Positions 8,393 to 19,301 are shown, counted from the stretch's first letter. The stretch is DNA of 64,000 bases from Hormoscilla sp. (GCA_051439505.1 JBFRWI010000174.1:1-64000); one strand, 5' to 3'. The notes: a model not told the origin generated them from the sequence alone. Translations and numbers: made by a program.

Positions 8393-10540
8393 ATGAAATC
8401 TCCAGTAGTTGTTAGACAGCACAATATAGAAGACTGTGGTGCAGCAAGTCTTGCTACTATTGCCAAATATCACGGGCAAATTTTTAGCATCACCCGCACC
8501 CGCGAAGCTGCCGGGACAGGACAACTTGGCACCACATTACTCAACCTCAAGCAGGGGGCAAAGGTGCTGGGTTTCAATGCCCGGGGCGTGAAAGTCCCAT
8601 TGGAATTAGTCGATAACCAGACCATACCCCTACCGGGAATTATTCACTGGAAAGGCAATCACTGGGTAGTATTGTACGGGCGACGGGGTAAAAAGTATAT
8701 TATTGCCGATCCAGTTGCCGGAATTCGCTCCTTATCTAGAGAAGAACTGGTTTCCGGTTGGAGTAATCGCGCTATGCTGTTACTGGAACCCCGTCCCGAT
8801 TTTTATCAAATAGCCGACGATCGAGACAAGGTTAAGGGTTTGTGGCGCTTGTGCGGACGCCTGTGGAACTATCGCCCTATTCTCGCGGAAGCGTTGCTGC
8901 TTAACTTCGCGATCGGGTTGCTTTCCCTCACTTCTCCATTTTTAATTCAACTCCTTACTGATGACGTGTTGATTAGAGGCGATCGGGATCTGCTGACGGG
9001 GGTGGCGATCGCGGTTTTGGTAATGAATGTAATTGCCATCAGCATCAGATTCGTGCAATCAAACCTAATTGCACATTTTGCCCAACGCCTAGAGTTAGAT
9101 TTAATTCTCGAATTTGGCAGAGTAATACTGAGTTTGCCCCTCTCCTACTACGAATCTCGTCGGAGTGGCGAAATTACGACTCGCTTGCGAGATATTCAAG
9201 AAATCAACTTCCTGATCTCTCAAGTTGGCGTTACCTTGCCCGGTCAATTTTTTATCGCCATAGTTTCCCTGGGCTTTATGCTGTTCTACAGTTGGCAACT
9301 GACGATAGTTTCTTTCTCGATCGCGGGCTGCATGACTCTCTCATTCCTAATTTTATTGCCTACGGTCCGCAATAAAATCAGGAAATTATTAGTTGTCAAT
9401 GCTGAAAATCAAGGGGTTTTAATCGAAACATTTAAAGGCGCGATCGCTCTGAAGACTACAAATGCTGCTCCCTACTTTTGGGAAGAATTTCAAAGCCGAT
9501 ACGGACATCTAGCTCGCGTGACTTTGCGGGCGACCCAACTGGCGATCGTTAACAATAGCTTCTCTCAATTCTTCTACAGAAATGGCGGGATTATCTTACT
9601 CTGGTTAGGGAGTACCCTGGTCATCAACAAGCAATTAAGTATCGGACAACTGTTAGCTTTTAACAGCATGAATAGTAATTTATTGACCTTAATTGTTACC
9701 ATTCTGAGCTTTATCAATCCCTTCACCCGCGCCCAATTGGCTACCCAACGGATTGCGGAAGTAATTGATGCCACTCCCGAGAGTCGAGAAGATACTCAAA
9801 AACCCGTAGCCTCCATTCCCGCTGATGCCGAGATTATTTGTACCGATCTCAACTTTCATCATCCCGGCAGAGTCGATCTACTCCAAGAATTTTCTCTCAG
9901 TATTCCCGGGGGAAAGGCGATCGCCCTGATTGGCGAATCCGGTTGCGGGAAAAGCACTCTCGCTAAACTTATTGCTGGTTTATATCAGCCCCAGTCTGGC
10001 AATATTCGCTACGGTATTTATAACCAGCAAGACCTTTCCCTGGATTGCCTGCGATCGCAGGTAGTCTTAGTTCCCCAAGATGCTCATTTCTGGAGTCGGA
10101 CGATTATTGAAAATTTCCGTTTAGCGGCTCCACAAGCTACCTTAGGAGATATAGTTCGGGCTTGCCAGATTGCTAGGGCCGACGAATTTATCAGTCAACT
10201 GCCCGACAAATATCAAACTGTCTTGGGTGAATTTGGCGCGAATATTTCCGGCGGGCAAAAGCAACGATTGGCGATCGCGCGGGCCCTGGTTACAAATCCG
10301 CCCATCTTGATTTTAGACGAATCCACTGGGGCCCTGGACCCCGTGAGTGAAAGTAAAGTGCTAGACAACGTATTGGGCGATCGCCAGGGAAAAACTACAA
10401 TTCTAATTAGCCACCGTCCGAGAGTCATCCAACGGGCCGATTGGATTATCCTGTTAAAAAATGGTCAACCTCACCTTCAAGGCACTCCATCCGATTTGCT
10501 CCTGATACCGGGGGACCATCTAGATTTCCTCAATCCTTAA
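8393..10540 (+). CDS. Peptidase C39-containing ABC exporter (LanT-type)
   Basis: QHNIEDCGAA and HWVV/DP C39 motifs, transmembrane domain, Walker A GESGCGKS, signature ISGGQ, Walker B ILILDE. Confidence 0.92.
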   Translation: MKSPVVVRQHNIEDCGAASLATIAKYHGQIFSITRTREAAGTGQLGTTLLNLKQGAKVLGFNARGVKVPLELVDNQTIPLPGIIHWKGNHWVVLYGRRGKKYIIADPVAGIRSLSREELVSGWSNRAMLLLEPRPDFYQIADDRDKVKGLWRLCGRLWNYRPILAEALLLNFAIGLLSLTSPFLIQLLTDDVLIRGDRDLLTGVAIAVLVMNVIAISIRFVQSNLIAHFAQRLELDLILEFGRVILSLPLSYYESRRSGEITTRLRDIQEINFLISQVGVTLPGQFFIAIVSLGFMLFYSWQLTIVSFSIAGCMTLSFLILLPTVRNKIRKLLVVNAENQGVLIETFKGAIALKTTNAAPYFWEEFQSRYGHLARVTLRATQLAIVNNSFSQFFYRNGGIILLWLGSTLVINKQLSIGQLLAFNSMNSNLLTLIVTILSFINPFTRAQLATQRIAEVIDATPESREDTQKPVASIPADAEIICTDLNFHHPGRVDLLQEFSLSIPGGKAIALIGESGCGKSTLAKLIAGLYQPQSGNIRYGIYNQQDLSLDCLRSQVVLVPQDAHFWSRTIIENFRLAAPQATLGDIVRACQIARADEFISQLPDKYQTVLGEFGANISGGQKQRLAIARALVTNPPILILDESTGALDPVSESKVLDNVLGDRQGKTTILISHRPRVIQRADWIILLKNGQPHLQGTPSDLLLIPGDHLDFLNP

Positions 10541-10706
10541 ACTTAAGCTAGGGGAAAAAGTAACTACAGGAATTCGGCGTTAGTCGGGAATAAAAATTGC
10601 TGTTGATAAGTGTTACTTATCACCAAAACCCAAGGAGACCCACGCGATCGCCTCCTCTCAAAGAGAATGGAGGTAGAGCGGCAGGTCTTCTTCCATTGCT
10701 TTGGGT

Positions 10707-11411
10707 TTATCCGTAGGATACAGTGCTAAAGGTGACGTCATCATTGCCAGGGTTATATCGGGCGTAGGTTGCTAGACCTTGGATGCGCCCTACAGATCCA
10801 ACGCCGACAACGCGGCGGGGTGTTTTCCCCTGTTCCTGTGGCTCCTGTTTGCCGTCTAGGGTCGTGACTGTTGAGCGGAGTTTACCGGGAGTCACCCAGC
10901 ATTCAAAGGTCAGCCCCGATCGCCCACAAAATAGGGTATTGGCATCGGCACGGATGAGGCGATCGCACAACTGAATCGCAGGTGTGTCCGGTGTCAGTTC
11001 ATCGGCATAGCTAACGGTACTGCCGTGGATGAGTAAGCAGTCCAACTCATGAAATCCGAAGTGGAGCGATCGCAACCACCCCACCGACTCCCGCGATACC
11101 GATTCCCACAGGTGCTTGACCCCATCGCCCCCAAATTGGGCCATCAATTCGGGGGCATCCGGCAGTCCACTCAGCCCATGCAAACTAAAGCATTGCTCTT
11201 CCCACCAACCGATACAAACCTGAGGTTCGAGTTCTCCCGAACGAGGCGATCGCAGTCGCTCAATCACCGCCTCATTGTCCCCCTTTAGCCCGATCGCATC
11301 TCCCACGACGTATAGGTCAGTGACCGGGCTGCGCTGTCGTCTAATATCCTGCAACACGGCTTCATAGGCTGCCAGGTTGCCTTCAATTCCGCTCAAAATA
11401 GCCCATTGCAT
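10707..11411 (-). CDS. Metallophosphoesterase-fold protein with degenerate metal ligands
   Basis: SGIEGN, GDAIG, GWWEE, HGS and GRSG replace the DxH/GD/GNH/H/GHxH motifs. Confidence 0.8.
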   Translation of the reverse strand: MQWAILSGIEGNLAAYEAVLQDIRRQRSPVTDLYVVGDAIGLKGDNEAVIERLRSPRSGELEPQVCIGWWEEQCFSLHGLSGLPDAPELMAQFGGDGVKHLWESVSRESVGWLRSLHFGFHELDCLLIHGSTVSYADELTPDTPAIQLCDRLIRADANTLFCGRSGLTFECWVTPGKLRSTVTTLDGKQEPQEQGKTPRRVVGVGSVGRIQGLATYARYNPGNDDVTFSTVSYG

Positions 11412-11447
11412 CTGCGAACCTCCTTGAATCTGAACCGGACAGGCCCC

Positions 11448-11882
11448 CTAGAGAGAATCTGTGAGGGCGATCGCCCGTTGCTGCATGGTCTTGAAAATAT
11501 TGTAGAAACCATTGCTACGAGACGGGGTGAGACTGACATTTAGCCCAGTTTGCTGAATAAAGTCGGGGGACAACTGCACAACCTCTTCCGGTGGGATGCC
11601 ATTGAGTCCTTCCATCAATAGCCCCACCAGCCCCTTGGGAATTTGAGCATCGGCATCCGCCTGGTAGACAATGGACCCGTCTTGAAGGGTAGCGGTGAGA
11701 TACACCTGGGAAACACAGCCCGGTACCCGATAAGCGGAAATCTTGGCCTCATCGGGAAAAGGCGGCACGCGCTTGGCAAACCACAGCAGATATTCGTAGC
11801 GTCGTTTCGGTTCAGTGATGCGCTGAAACTTTTGAATAATCTTTTCTAAATTTGGAGGCAGTTGCTGGGTAGTGGAAGTCAT
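11448..11882 (-). CDS. sufE: SufE family sulfur acceptor
   Basis: VPGCVSQVY and ADADAQIPKGL motifs, SRSNGF. Confidence 0.92.
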   Translation of the reverse strand: MTSTTQQLPPNLEKIIQKFQRITEPKRRYEYLLWFAKRVPPFPDEAKISAYRVPGCVSQVYLTATLQDGSIVYQADADAQIPKGLVGLLMEGLNGIPPEEVVQLSPDFIQQTGLNVSLTPSRSNGFYNIFKTMQQRAIALTDSL

Positions 11883-11960
11883 TGTTCAACGGTTAAGCTT
11901 ATGAATTGGTGTCATCTGAATATAGCGCATGGGTACACTTTCCTCTTTGAAGAGTGACCA

Positions 11961-12057
11961 TCAGAAGAGTGATTTGTGAGCTGGCCTGCCCGGCTTGCAT
12001 TTTTTCCTGTAATTCTTCAAGGGGAAGTGCGCCCAAATCTCCAGATTGACGCGATCG
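11961..12057 (-). pseudogene. thrS: 3' fragment of a thrS paralogue
   Basis: RSRQSGDLGALPLEELQEKMQA, then a frameshift to AHKSLF*; matches the C-terminus of ThrS at 38160. Confidence 0.7.
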
Positions 12058-12195
12058 CCCTCGTGCTGCGCGGCTGAAATAATCCACCAGTCGGATAGTG
12101 GATCAAAGCCTTGCCCCAAAAGCATTTTGAATTCTGAATTTTGAATTTTGAATTCCGCGCAGCGGCCCTCGTTGGCATCCGGTACCTTCCTTGGT

Positions 12196-12681
12196 TCAAA
12201 GTTGAGTAGGATTGGGAGCATCCCCATAGACGGCGACGGGGTCAAAAGTTTTGGTGGTTTCCGTAAGCACGAGGGCAATGGGCAGACTCGCCTTAACATC
12301 GCCCTCACCAGGAGAAATCTGACGGTAAAAGCAAGAGCGATAGCCCACATGGCAACTGGCCCCTGACCCGGCGACCTTGACCTTCATCCACAGGCAATCT
12401 TGATCGTCATCGATCAATAATTGCTGCACGGCCTGCACCAGCCCACTGGTGGCTCCCTTGTGCCAGAGCTGCTGACGGCTGCGGCTGTAGTAGTGGGCTT
12501 CGCCGGTTTCAAGGGTTTTTAGCAACGCCGCTTCATTCATATAGGCGTGCATCAGCACCTCGCCGGTTGCAGCATCCGTGGTGATAACGGGGATGAGCCC
12601 ATTGGCGTCAAACTTAGGGGCCAAGAGCATCCCTTCTTCGACAGCTTCAACTGAAGTCCGGGCAGAAAATTGTGATGACAT
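12196..12681 (-). CDS. hisI: Phosphoribosyl-AMP cyclohydrolase
   Basis: [32 protein letters not shown]; start reassigned to MSSQF. Confidence 0.92.
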   Translation of the reverse strand: MSSQFSARTSVEAVEEGMLLAPKFDANGLIPVITTDAATGEVLMHAYMNEAALLKTLETGEAHYYSRSRQQLWHKGATSGLVQAVQQLLIDDDQDCLWMKVKVAGSGASCHVGYRSCFYRQISPGEGDVKASLPIALVLTETTKTFDPVAVYGDAPNPTQL

Positions 12682-12731
12682 AGGACAGAAACAATGAATA
12701 TCGCTGGTCGAGAGCAAATAGACTGCCAGAA

Positions 12732-12746
12732 TGACAATCATTCTAA
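12732..12746. promoter_or_regulatory. Probable Zur box upstream of hisI
   Basis: TGACAATCATTCTAA, 11/14 match to TGATAATNATTATCA. Confidence 0.5.
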
Positions 12747-12799
12747 TTATAGATTGAGGTTTTCTCGATGTCCAGTTTTGGCAAGTCAATCGTTTCTTT

Positions 12800-12938
12800 T
12801 GCTGGCAAGACGGGTGGCGCGATCGCGGTCCTATGTGGCAAGCTGATTGCCAGAAAGATTTCCGAGCGCTGGTTGACCGGAGGAAGCGGCGGGTTGTTTT
12901 TGCTGTTTGGGGCGATCGCGATCGTCGAGAGCTTATAA
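12800..12938 (+). pseudogene. C-terminal fragment of a TMEM165/GDT1 (UPF0016) membrane protein
   Basis: Reads [39 protein letters not shown]; no 5' part is present. Confidence 0.55.
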
Positions 12939-13192
12939 ACTAGCGATCGCAGTTATCGACAATCCAGCTTGGCGGTAATTGTCGCACTGCGAGATGCCCT
13001 GGGTCGCGTCTGCCAGGCGCGGTCTGCGGCTGGACGCTGTTGGTGGTGCTGGTGGCGGCGATCGCCCTAGGCAGTGCTGACGCGAAGGAGTTCTGATGGA
13101 GTCGCCTGGCCCGGAAGCATCGGGCTTACTTAAACTCCGAACAGGTGCCCCCCAGGCCGGTCACAATGGTACAGGTATTGTAAACCAGCATG

Positions 13193-14670
13193 CCGTTACA
13201 TAAGAATTACCCAAACTTACCCATTGCTGGACATACTTGGAACTCACTTCCTGGCAACACTGCTGGTAGTGTCGGCACTCACCAGTCCACAGGCTAACAC
13301 CGCCTAACTGGCGGCTTTTTCCAAATTAATCGAGGCGTTTAAGTCTCGGTCGCAGGAAAACCCACAATTATCACACCGGAAAACCCGCATCCTAAAGGGC
13401 ATAGATTCCTTTTTGGTCCCACACTGAGAACAAGTTTTGGTTGAGGGATACCATTGATCCACTACTACTAAGGTCGATCCGTACAATTCACACTTGTACT
13501 CTAATTGCCGCCTGAATTCGTAGAAGCCCATGTCACCAATAGCCTTGGCCAACTTGTGGTTCGCCATCATCCCTGACACAATAAGCGTCCTCAATCAAGA
13601 TCGAGCTGTGGTTTTTGGCGTTGCTGAGGTAGTAATTTTATGTAATGTATCTTTACGGATGTTTGCAATTTTTCGATGTAGGCGAGCTATCTTAACCTGG
13701 GCTTTTTTCCAATTAGCCGAACCTCTTTGCTTTTTCCGATTCAGCCATTGCAATCGCGAAAGTTGTTTTTCATATTTTTTGTAGCTTTTCGCCCCTTCAA
13801 ATCTTTCACCGGTTGATAGAACTGCTAGGCTTTTTATACCTAAATCTACCCCCACTACAGGGTAAGGCTTTTCGAGACTAACTGGCTCTGTTTCTATCTT
13901 AAAGCTAATGAACCACCGGTCAGCAGTTCTGGATATGGTTACTGACTTTGGTGCTGCACCGAATGGCAGTCTTTCATGTGTTCTTAGCCAACCAATCACT
14001 GGAACTCTAATCCCAAAATGATCTAGTTTGATAGATCCGTCTAATGTAAAACTGTCAGCGCGGCCTTTTTTCTTAAACCTAGGCGGCTTACTAACCTTTC
14101 GGAACGCCAGTCTCCATGCAACACGAGCGCTGTTTCAAGGCATATTGCGGAGCACACTTACTCACTTCATAGTACCAGGGATATTCTGGTTTTACCAGCG
14201 CTACCAACCACTTGTGTAGATCGATCGCCGTGGGGAATTTTATTTTTTCGGATGGATTGTCGCGATTGTGATCCAATATTTCCTTGGTCAGACGTAATCC
14301 CCAATTCCAAGCATGACGGGCCACTCCCGCATGTTTTGCCAGTAATGTGCGCTCTTTGTTGTTCAGTTTTAATTCTGTCTTAAAGCCTAATAACACGATT
14401 CGTGATATCCTTGACTTAACTGATAAAATCTAAGGGAGCTGAACGCTTCCTTTTCTGTTGTTTCTATTTTAACTGTCTCTCTGGATTAAGTTAACCGAAA
14501 TAATACTTAATTCTAGAGCGATAGCGCTGCGCGCGGGATTTTCATCCAATTGGCGATCCGGCCAATTGGATGAAAATCCCAGCATGCAGAAACTTGGGAA
14601 AAATCTAGACTCCTCATCCTTACCCAATTTAGCAACAATGTCCAAAGGGGTCAAACAATTTAGTTACAGC
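13193..14670 (-). mobile_element. tnpB: Decayed IS607-family element: frameshifted tnpB (14396-13304), tnpA largely deleted, ends retained
   Basis: Three consecutive ORF pieces (MLLGFKTEL..., VGVDLG..., CSQC..CDNC..DRDLNA); ends GCTGTAAC... and ...GGGTAAGTTTGGGTAA..GTAACGG. Confidence 0.85.
14535..14580. repeat. Perfect 20-bp inverted repeat with 6-nt loop
   Basis: GGGATTTTCATCCAATTGGC-gatccg-GCCAATTGGATGAAAATCCC. Confidence 0.9.
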
Positions 14671-14858
14671 TACTAGCCCTCTTCTGTCACTTTCGGAGAT
14701 CGCGATCGCTGTATCCCCTATAGAGAGAGACAAATGCCTCTCTGACTAGATTTTTGAGTTTCTGTTAGGAAAAACAGTCGCGATCGCCGTTACCGGCTGC
14801 TCCCGCTGGATTCAAGCGAACCCACATGGGTGCCGGGATCGGAGCGATCGCACTGAGA

Positions 14859-16085
14859 CTAGGCGGCGTCCACTGTTGGCTCGCCCACGAGCCGATCGAG
14901 TGGTGTCCCCCAAAAACCCGTCATCAATCGCAGCATCACGCAGCGTAGGGGGGAAAAGCCGGCCATCAACCGCAGTACCCACCGCCGCAGCACCATCATG
15001 GGCAACCAACGGTTAGAAAAGGTGCGGTTGAGAATATCCGTGAATAGCAGCATCACCCAATTCTCAAAGCGGCGGCGGCGACCGTAACGCCGCAACACCC
15101 GGACATCGCCCAAATCCTGTTGCTGTTGCGTTGCGCCCGACAGCACCTGCGCCAGCATCGCCGCATCCCGAATTCCCAGATTTAACCCCTGACCGGCCAC
15201 CGGATGACAGTGGTGAGCCGCATCTCCCAGGAGCGCCAGCCGGGGCTGATAGTAGCGGCGGCTGTGCATCAGGCGGGCGGGGAACACCAGCGGTTCACTA
15301 AGGAGGGTCAGTGAACCCGAGTGATCGCCGTAGCGCTCTTGCATGGCGGCCATAAACTCATTCGGAGGGAGTGCGACGAGCGATTTTGCCTCCTCATGAG
15401 GAGCAACCCAGACAATCTGACAGCGGTTATCTGGCAAGGGCAAGATGGCAAAGGGACCATCAGGCCAGAATCGCTCGTGGGCAATGTCCTGGTGAGACCG
15501 CGCCGGAGACACAAAAGCCGTGATGCAAGACTGCCAATAGTTCCAGCCGTCGGTTTCGATCCCTGCCTGTTGCCGAACGCGGGAGTTGGCTCCGTCGGCG
15601 GCAACCACCAGCGGGGCGCTCAAGCGCAGTTGTCCCTGCTTGGTTTCTACGATCGCCTCGGCTGAAGAATCGCCATAGGTGACCTCCTGCACGCGGGCGT
15701 CGTAGTAGCAGGTGATGTGTGGGTCGGCAGACGCTTGATGGCGCAGTGCCATTTGCAACACGCGATGCTCCGCGCAGTAATACACGGACGGCTCCCCCAA
15801 GTCTTCGGGCGCGAACATTATCCGATGGGCATAGTCCGCATCCGACAGCAGAACTCGGGGAAAGTGGGAGATATCTGGGGCAACCTGCTCCCAAATTCCC
15901 ACCGATCGAAACACTTTGGCGGACAGCGGCGAGAGGGCGTAGGCACGGGGGCGATCGTCTACTCGATCTTCTGCCTGAGCCTCAATTACCGCGACACGCA
16001 GCCCAGAATCCCGCAGCCCACAGGCCAGGGTTAGGCCGGCGATGCCGCCGCCAACGATAATCAGATCGTAGGTTAATTCACTCAT
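14859..16085 (-). CDS. UbiH/COQ6-like FAD-dependent hydroxylase
   Basis: GGGIAG, AADGANSRVR and GDAAHHCHPVAGQGLNLG motifs. Confidence 0.88.
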   Translation of the reverse strand: MSELTYDLIIVGGGIAGLTLACGLRDSGLRVAVIEAQAEDRVDDRPRAYALSPLSAKVFRSVGIWEQVAPDISHFPRVLLSDADYAHRIMFAPEDLGEPSVYYCAEHRVLQMALRHQASADPHITCYYDARVQEVTYGDSSAEAIVETKQGQLRLSAPLVVAADGANSRVRQQAGIETDGWNYWQSCITAFVSPARSHQDIAHERFWPDGPFAILPLPDNRCQIVWVAPHEEAKSLVALPPNEFMAAMQERYGDHSGSLTLLSEPLVFPARLMHSRRYYQPRLALLGDAAHHCHPVAGQGLNLGIRDAAMLAQVLSGATQQQQDLGDVRVLRRYGRRRRFENWVMLLFTDILNRTFSNRWLPMMVLRRWVLRLMAGFSPLRCVMLRLMTGFWGTPLDRLVGEPTVDAA

Positions 16086-17086
16086 GAACGCACTAATTTA
16101 TCGTCGTTTTGTTCGGAAATTACGGTTTGGGTCGGTGCTTCAGGGGAAGCGGCTCGCTCTGCTCGGAACATACCGAAGCGGCACAGTCCCGCCCCGAAGG
16201 CCAGACGCATCAGCAGGAAGGTGGGCACTTCACGCAGGGACTTGATGAAACCAACCACCCCAAATTTCAGCAGTCCTTTCGGGCGGACAATGCCTTGCCA
16301 GATCGAATCCATCCAGGCGGGGAGCGTTTCTTGGGTCCAATCCGTGGTTGTCACCCGGCCTGAAACAAGCCCAGTCTCTTCCAGCTGCTCAGAAAAGCCT
16401 TCGATGCTGGAAAACGCCGGGTGAGACCACTGGTCGAGCAGTTGGCGCATCACCGGACGCTCCCACCAGTTCAGGGGAACCTGGCGATCGTCGCGCTGGT
16501 TCCAGTCAGCGACCACCAGCGTGCCGCCCGGTTTGAGGACGCGCAGCATCTCTTGGCCGTAGCGGGCTTTGTCGGGCATGTGAGGACCTGCCTCGATGGA
16601 CCAGACCACATCGAAGCTGGCATCGGGGAAGGACAGGTTCAGAGCATCGTCTACCTTGAACTTGGCATCGACATCTGCGGGGGTCAGTTCCTGAGCGCGC
16701 TTCACCTGTTGCGGGCTGATGGTGATACCCGTCACGTTGAAACCATAGTCGCGCGCCAGGATGCGGCTGCTGCCGCCAATACCGCAACCGACATCCAGCA
16801 CTTTCGTCCCCGGCGGAAATTTCTCCAAGCCGCCCCAGCGAACCATCTCATGCACGAAGTCATGCTTGGACTCGATGAAGTTTTTACGTCGCGGCGGGGA
16901 GCCGTAGTGACCGAGGTGGATGTGTTCGCCCCAGTAAAACTCCAGGATGCCGTCCATCGTCCAATCATCGTAGGATTGGGCAACCGAGGAGGAAGATTCG
17001 TAGGTGCGAGGAGTGAGCAGGTAAATGGCCAGTCCGACGACTAGCAGAAGGAGGGCAATACTCAGACCCCAAAGTAAAGGATTCAC
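16082..17086 (-). CDS. MPBQ/MSBQ-type SAM methyltransferase (plastoquinone/tocopherol pathway)
   Basis: N-terminal TM helix, YWGEHIHLGHY, VLDVGCGIGGSSR, WSIEAGPHMPDK. Confidence 0.85.
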   Translation of the reverse strand: MNPLLWGLSIALLLLVVGLAIYLLTPRTYESSSSVAQSYDDWTMDGILEFYWGEHIHLGHYGSPPRRKNFIESKHDFVHEMVRWGGLEKFPPGTKVLDVGCGIGGSSRILARDYGFNVTGITISPQQVKRAQELTPADVDAKFKVDDALNLSFPDASFDVVWSIEAGPHMPDKARYGQEMLRVLKPGGTLVVADWNQRDDRQVPLNWWERPVMRQLLDQWSHPAFSSIEGFSEQLEETGLVSGRVTTTDWTQETLPAWMDSIWQGIVRPKGLLKFGVVGFIKSLREVPTFLLMRLAFGAGLCRFGMFRAERAASPEAPTQTVISEQNDDKLVRS

Positions 17087-18077
17087 CAGATTTACAGTTT
17101 ATTTCGTAGTTTGGAACAAAGTTGACGAGCGATCGCAGCTCGGTCGGAGGCATCTGAAAGGTGCATTTGAGGATGAGTCAACCATCACTTTGCACGTCTG
17201 CCGATACGTTGAAACAGGGACGCGATCGCCCAAGGCACACCAATGGCAATCGCGTCACGTACCACACCACCTCCCAGAACAAGGCGATCGCGCCATTGAG
17301 CCATACGCTGACCCTGAGATAGGGGGCGTTGCGGTTGACTCTGATGGCTGGTAGCAAGTCTTGCCGCATGCTTGACAAACGGATGGTGGGAAGCAGGGAT
17401 CTGACCAGGGCGGTGCAAGTACTGCTGGAGCTGGCGAACTTTGATGTCAGGATTTGCATCTGACCGAGGTGTTGGCCCATCGTTCGGTATCATTGAACCT
17501 CCTGTTAGATTCAGGCTTCAGGTTAGATTCGTCCCGGTGGCTGTACCGTTGGTAGGCGCGATCCTTGGGTTTCGCAGCCTGTCGATACTTGACCAGCTCG
17601 CCCCCAATAGCGATTGAAGCGCCTTGGGCGGGAGCGAAAGACTAATTTAGTTAATATAACTTTACCATAACTGCCGCTGGTGTTAAGCATCAGACTTTTT
17701 TGTCCGTAATATCAAGTCTCATTGATTAATCTTAATTAAGAACGGAGACACGGATACACGGATACGCGGTGACTCCCCTTCTCCGCGTCTCCCTCATTTT
17801 TTATGGTTGTTTATTGCGACCTGATATCAGGCTGAAGTCGGTGGGGGCGGTGCGTTGCGGCAAGGTTAATATTTTCGTGAAAACCCATCATTTATCGATG
17901 CTGCAACACACCCTACCGGGGTTTTGGGAAACGCCACAACCCAGTCACCCTTTATATCATGTCAAGTTGAAGACCCATAGTTAGGAGGGACGCACCAGAC
18001 GGGGAGACGCGGGGACGCGGAGAAATTTTTCCGCCTGGGCAATTATGCTGACATGATATTAAGGTAAACTACAGCCG

Positions 18078-18402
18078 TTACAACCAGTTGCCTCCCCAGG
18101 CCAGAAGCATCGAAAACGCGATCGCGGCGATCGCCAGGCGATCCATCAGCCCCACCGCAAACCGCACCGACTGTTCGCGGGCGATGGTCAGTGCGGTGAC
18201 CGGGCAGGGCAGCAACCGCCCGGCCTGTGGTACGCACCCGTCAAGATTTGCAGAGGTGTTAGTACCGATCGCGGCGGGCACATTGCAGCCAAACCCCATA
18301 ATTACCCGCAGCAAATCTCGCCCGGATAGGCCGAAAGGTCTCAGGAGGGTTTGCAGCGCCACGGTAATGCGTTCCACCAACCCGCTGGCCTTGTATGCAC
18401 CA
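18078..18402 (-). pseudogene. Internally deleted duplicate of the 3' half of the FeoB-like gene
   Basis: Near-identical to 19927-20760 (GAYKASGLVERIT...GFGCNVPA joined to LLPC..TALTIAREQSVRF). Confidence 0.85.
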
Positions 18403-18441
18403 TTAAGGGTAAAATTATTACGATCTATTTTCGCTTCTACC

Positions 18442-19218
18442 ATGAATCCTTACACTATTTTCAAAGAAACTCAGCGCCAAAGGACGAGCGATCGCGCCAC
18501 AGTCCCGATCCTCAGTAATTGTGAAGGAGCCGATCGCCTCCTCATATTACTGTGGTCGCAATTGGGGGATTTCGATAGTCTGGAATATGCTTGGTGGTTA
18601 CAACGAGAAGCCGAAACACTGCAATCCCAGGGCATTAGGATTCGGGCGGTGGGAATTGGCGATCGCAATTCGGGATCTATATTTTGCGACTACACCGGAT
18701 TTCCCCCAGAATGGCTATTTGTAGATCCCACGGCAGAACTGCACCAACAATTAGAACTTTATCGAGGGTTATCGTTAAAATTACCCGGTTTATCGACCGG
18801 GCAAAATGCTTGGCTCAACTTAATGTTAATGTGTGCCGGGATAGCCAGTCCGGGGACTTTGGCAGAAGTGTTTCGCGGTTATCGGGGCGATCGGCAAGCC
18901 CCCCAATTAATTGATGAGCAAGAAACGATTAAGGCGGCACCATTACCGGCTTTTAAAGGTTCATTTTTCAAGATGGCAGGAGGGACTGGGTTTCAGCGTC
19001 CCTTTGAACTGGCCACCTTGCGACTGCGGAACATGACCGAAGTGCTGGGAAACTGGAAAACTTATGTCCCCGATGCTGCGTATATGACCCAACGAGGTGG
19101 CACTTTCTTGTTTGATGGTCAAGGAAATTTGCTCTACGAACATCGCGATCGGGGAATTCTCGGTTTTGCGGAAAATATGAGTCGTCCTCTGTCTTTTCTA
19201 TCCCTGGATCGGATCTAA
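18442..19218 (+). CDS. Peroxiredoxin-like (AhpC/TSA-2) family protein
   Basis: QLGDFDSLEY, FVDP and TQRGGTFLFD motifs. The real start is MNPYT; the longer ORF is antisense read-through of the FeoB-like fragment. Confidence 0.8.
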   Translation: MNPYTIFKETQRQRTSDRATVPILSNCEGADRLLILLWSQLGDFDSLEYAWWLQREAETLQSQGIRIRAVGIGDRNSGSIFCDYTGFPPEWLFVDPTAELHQQLELYRGLSLKLPGLSTGQNAWLNLMLMCAGIASPGTLAEVFRGYRGDRQAPQLIDEQETIKAAPLPAFKGSFFKMAGGTGFQRPFELATLRLRNMTEVLGNWKTYVPDAAYMTQRGGTFLFDGQGNLLYEHRDRGILGFAENMSRPLSFLSLDRI

Positions 19219-19301
19219 CGTTGCCCATCACCCGCCGCTGACTAATTTTGTGTCATAGACGCTCAACTCTCAACGGTCGGTGTGCATGGGCATTGTTATG
19301 C
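19213..19301 (-). other. attC site (89 bp) of the HAD-gene cassette
   Basis: GCATAAC..GCCCATgCACaCCGaCCG / CGGCGGGTGATGGGC..GTTAGAT, with unpaired extra bases on the left arm. The gene's stop codon lies in the inverse core. Confidence 0.85.

Noticed and set aside
16421..17044. Long antisense ORFs (also 19907-20461, 20438-21073, 32121-32879)
   Set aside because: They are antisense or alternative-frame shadows of well-supported genes.
17178..17493. Short ORFs upstream of the methyltransferase
   Set aside because: No recognisable motif; I cannot tell which frame, if any, is real.
18088..18441. N-terminal extension of the peroxiredoxin-like ORF
   Set aside because: It is the antisense of the FeoB-like duplicate.
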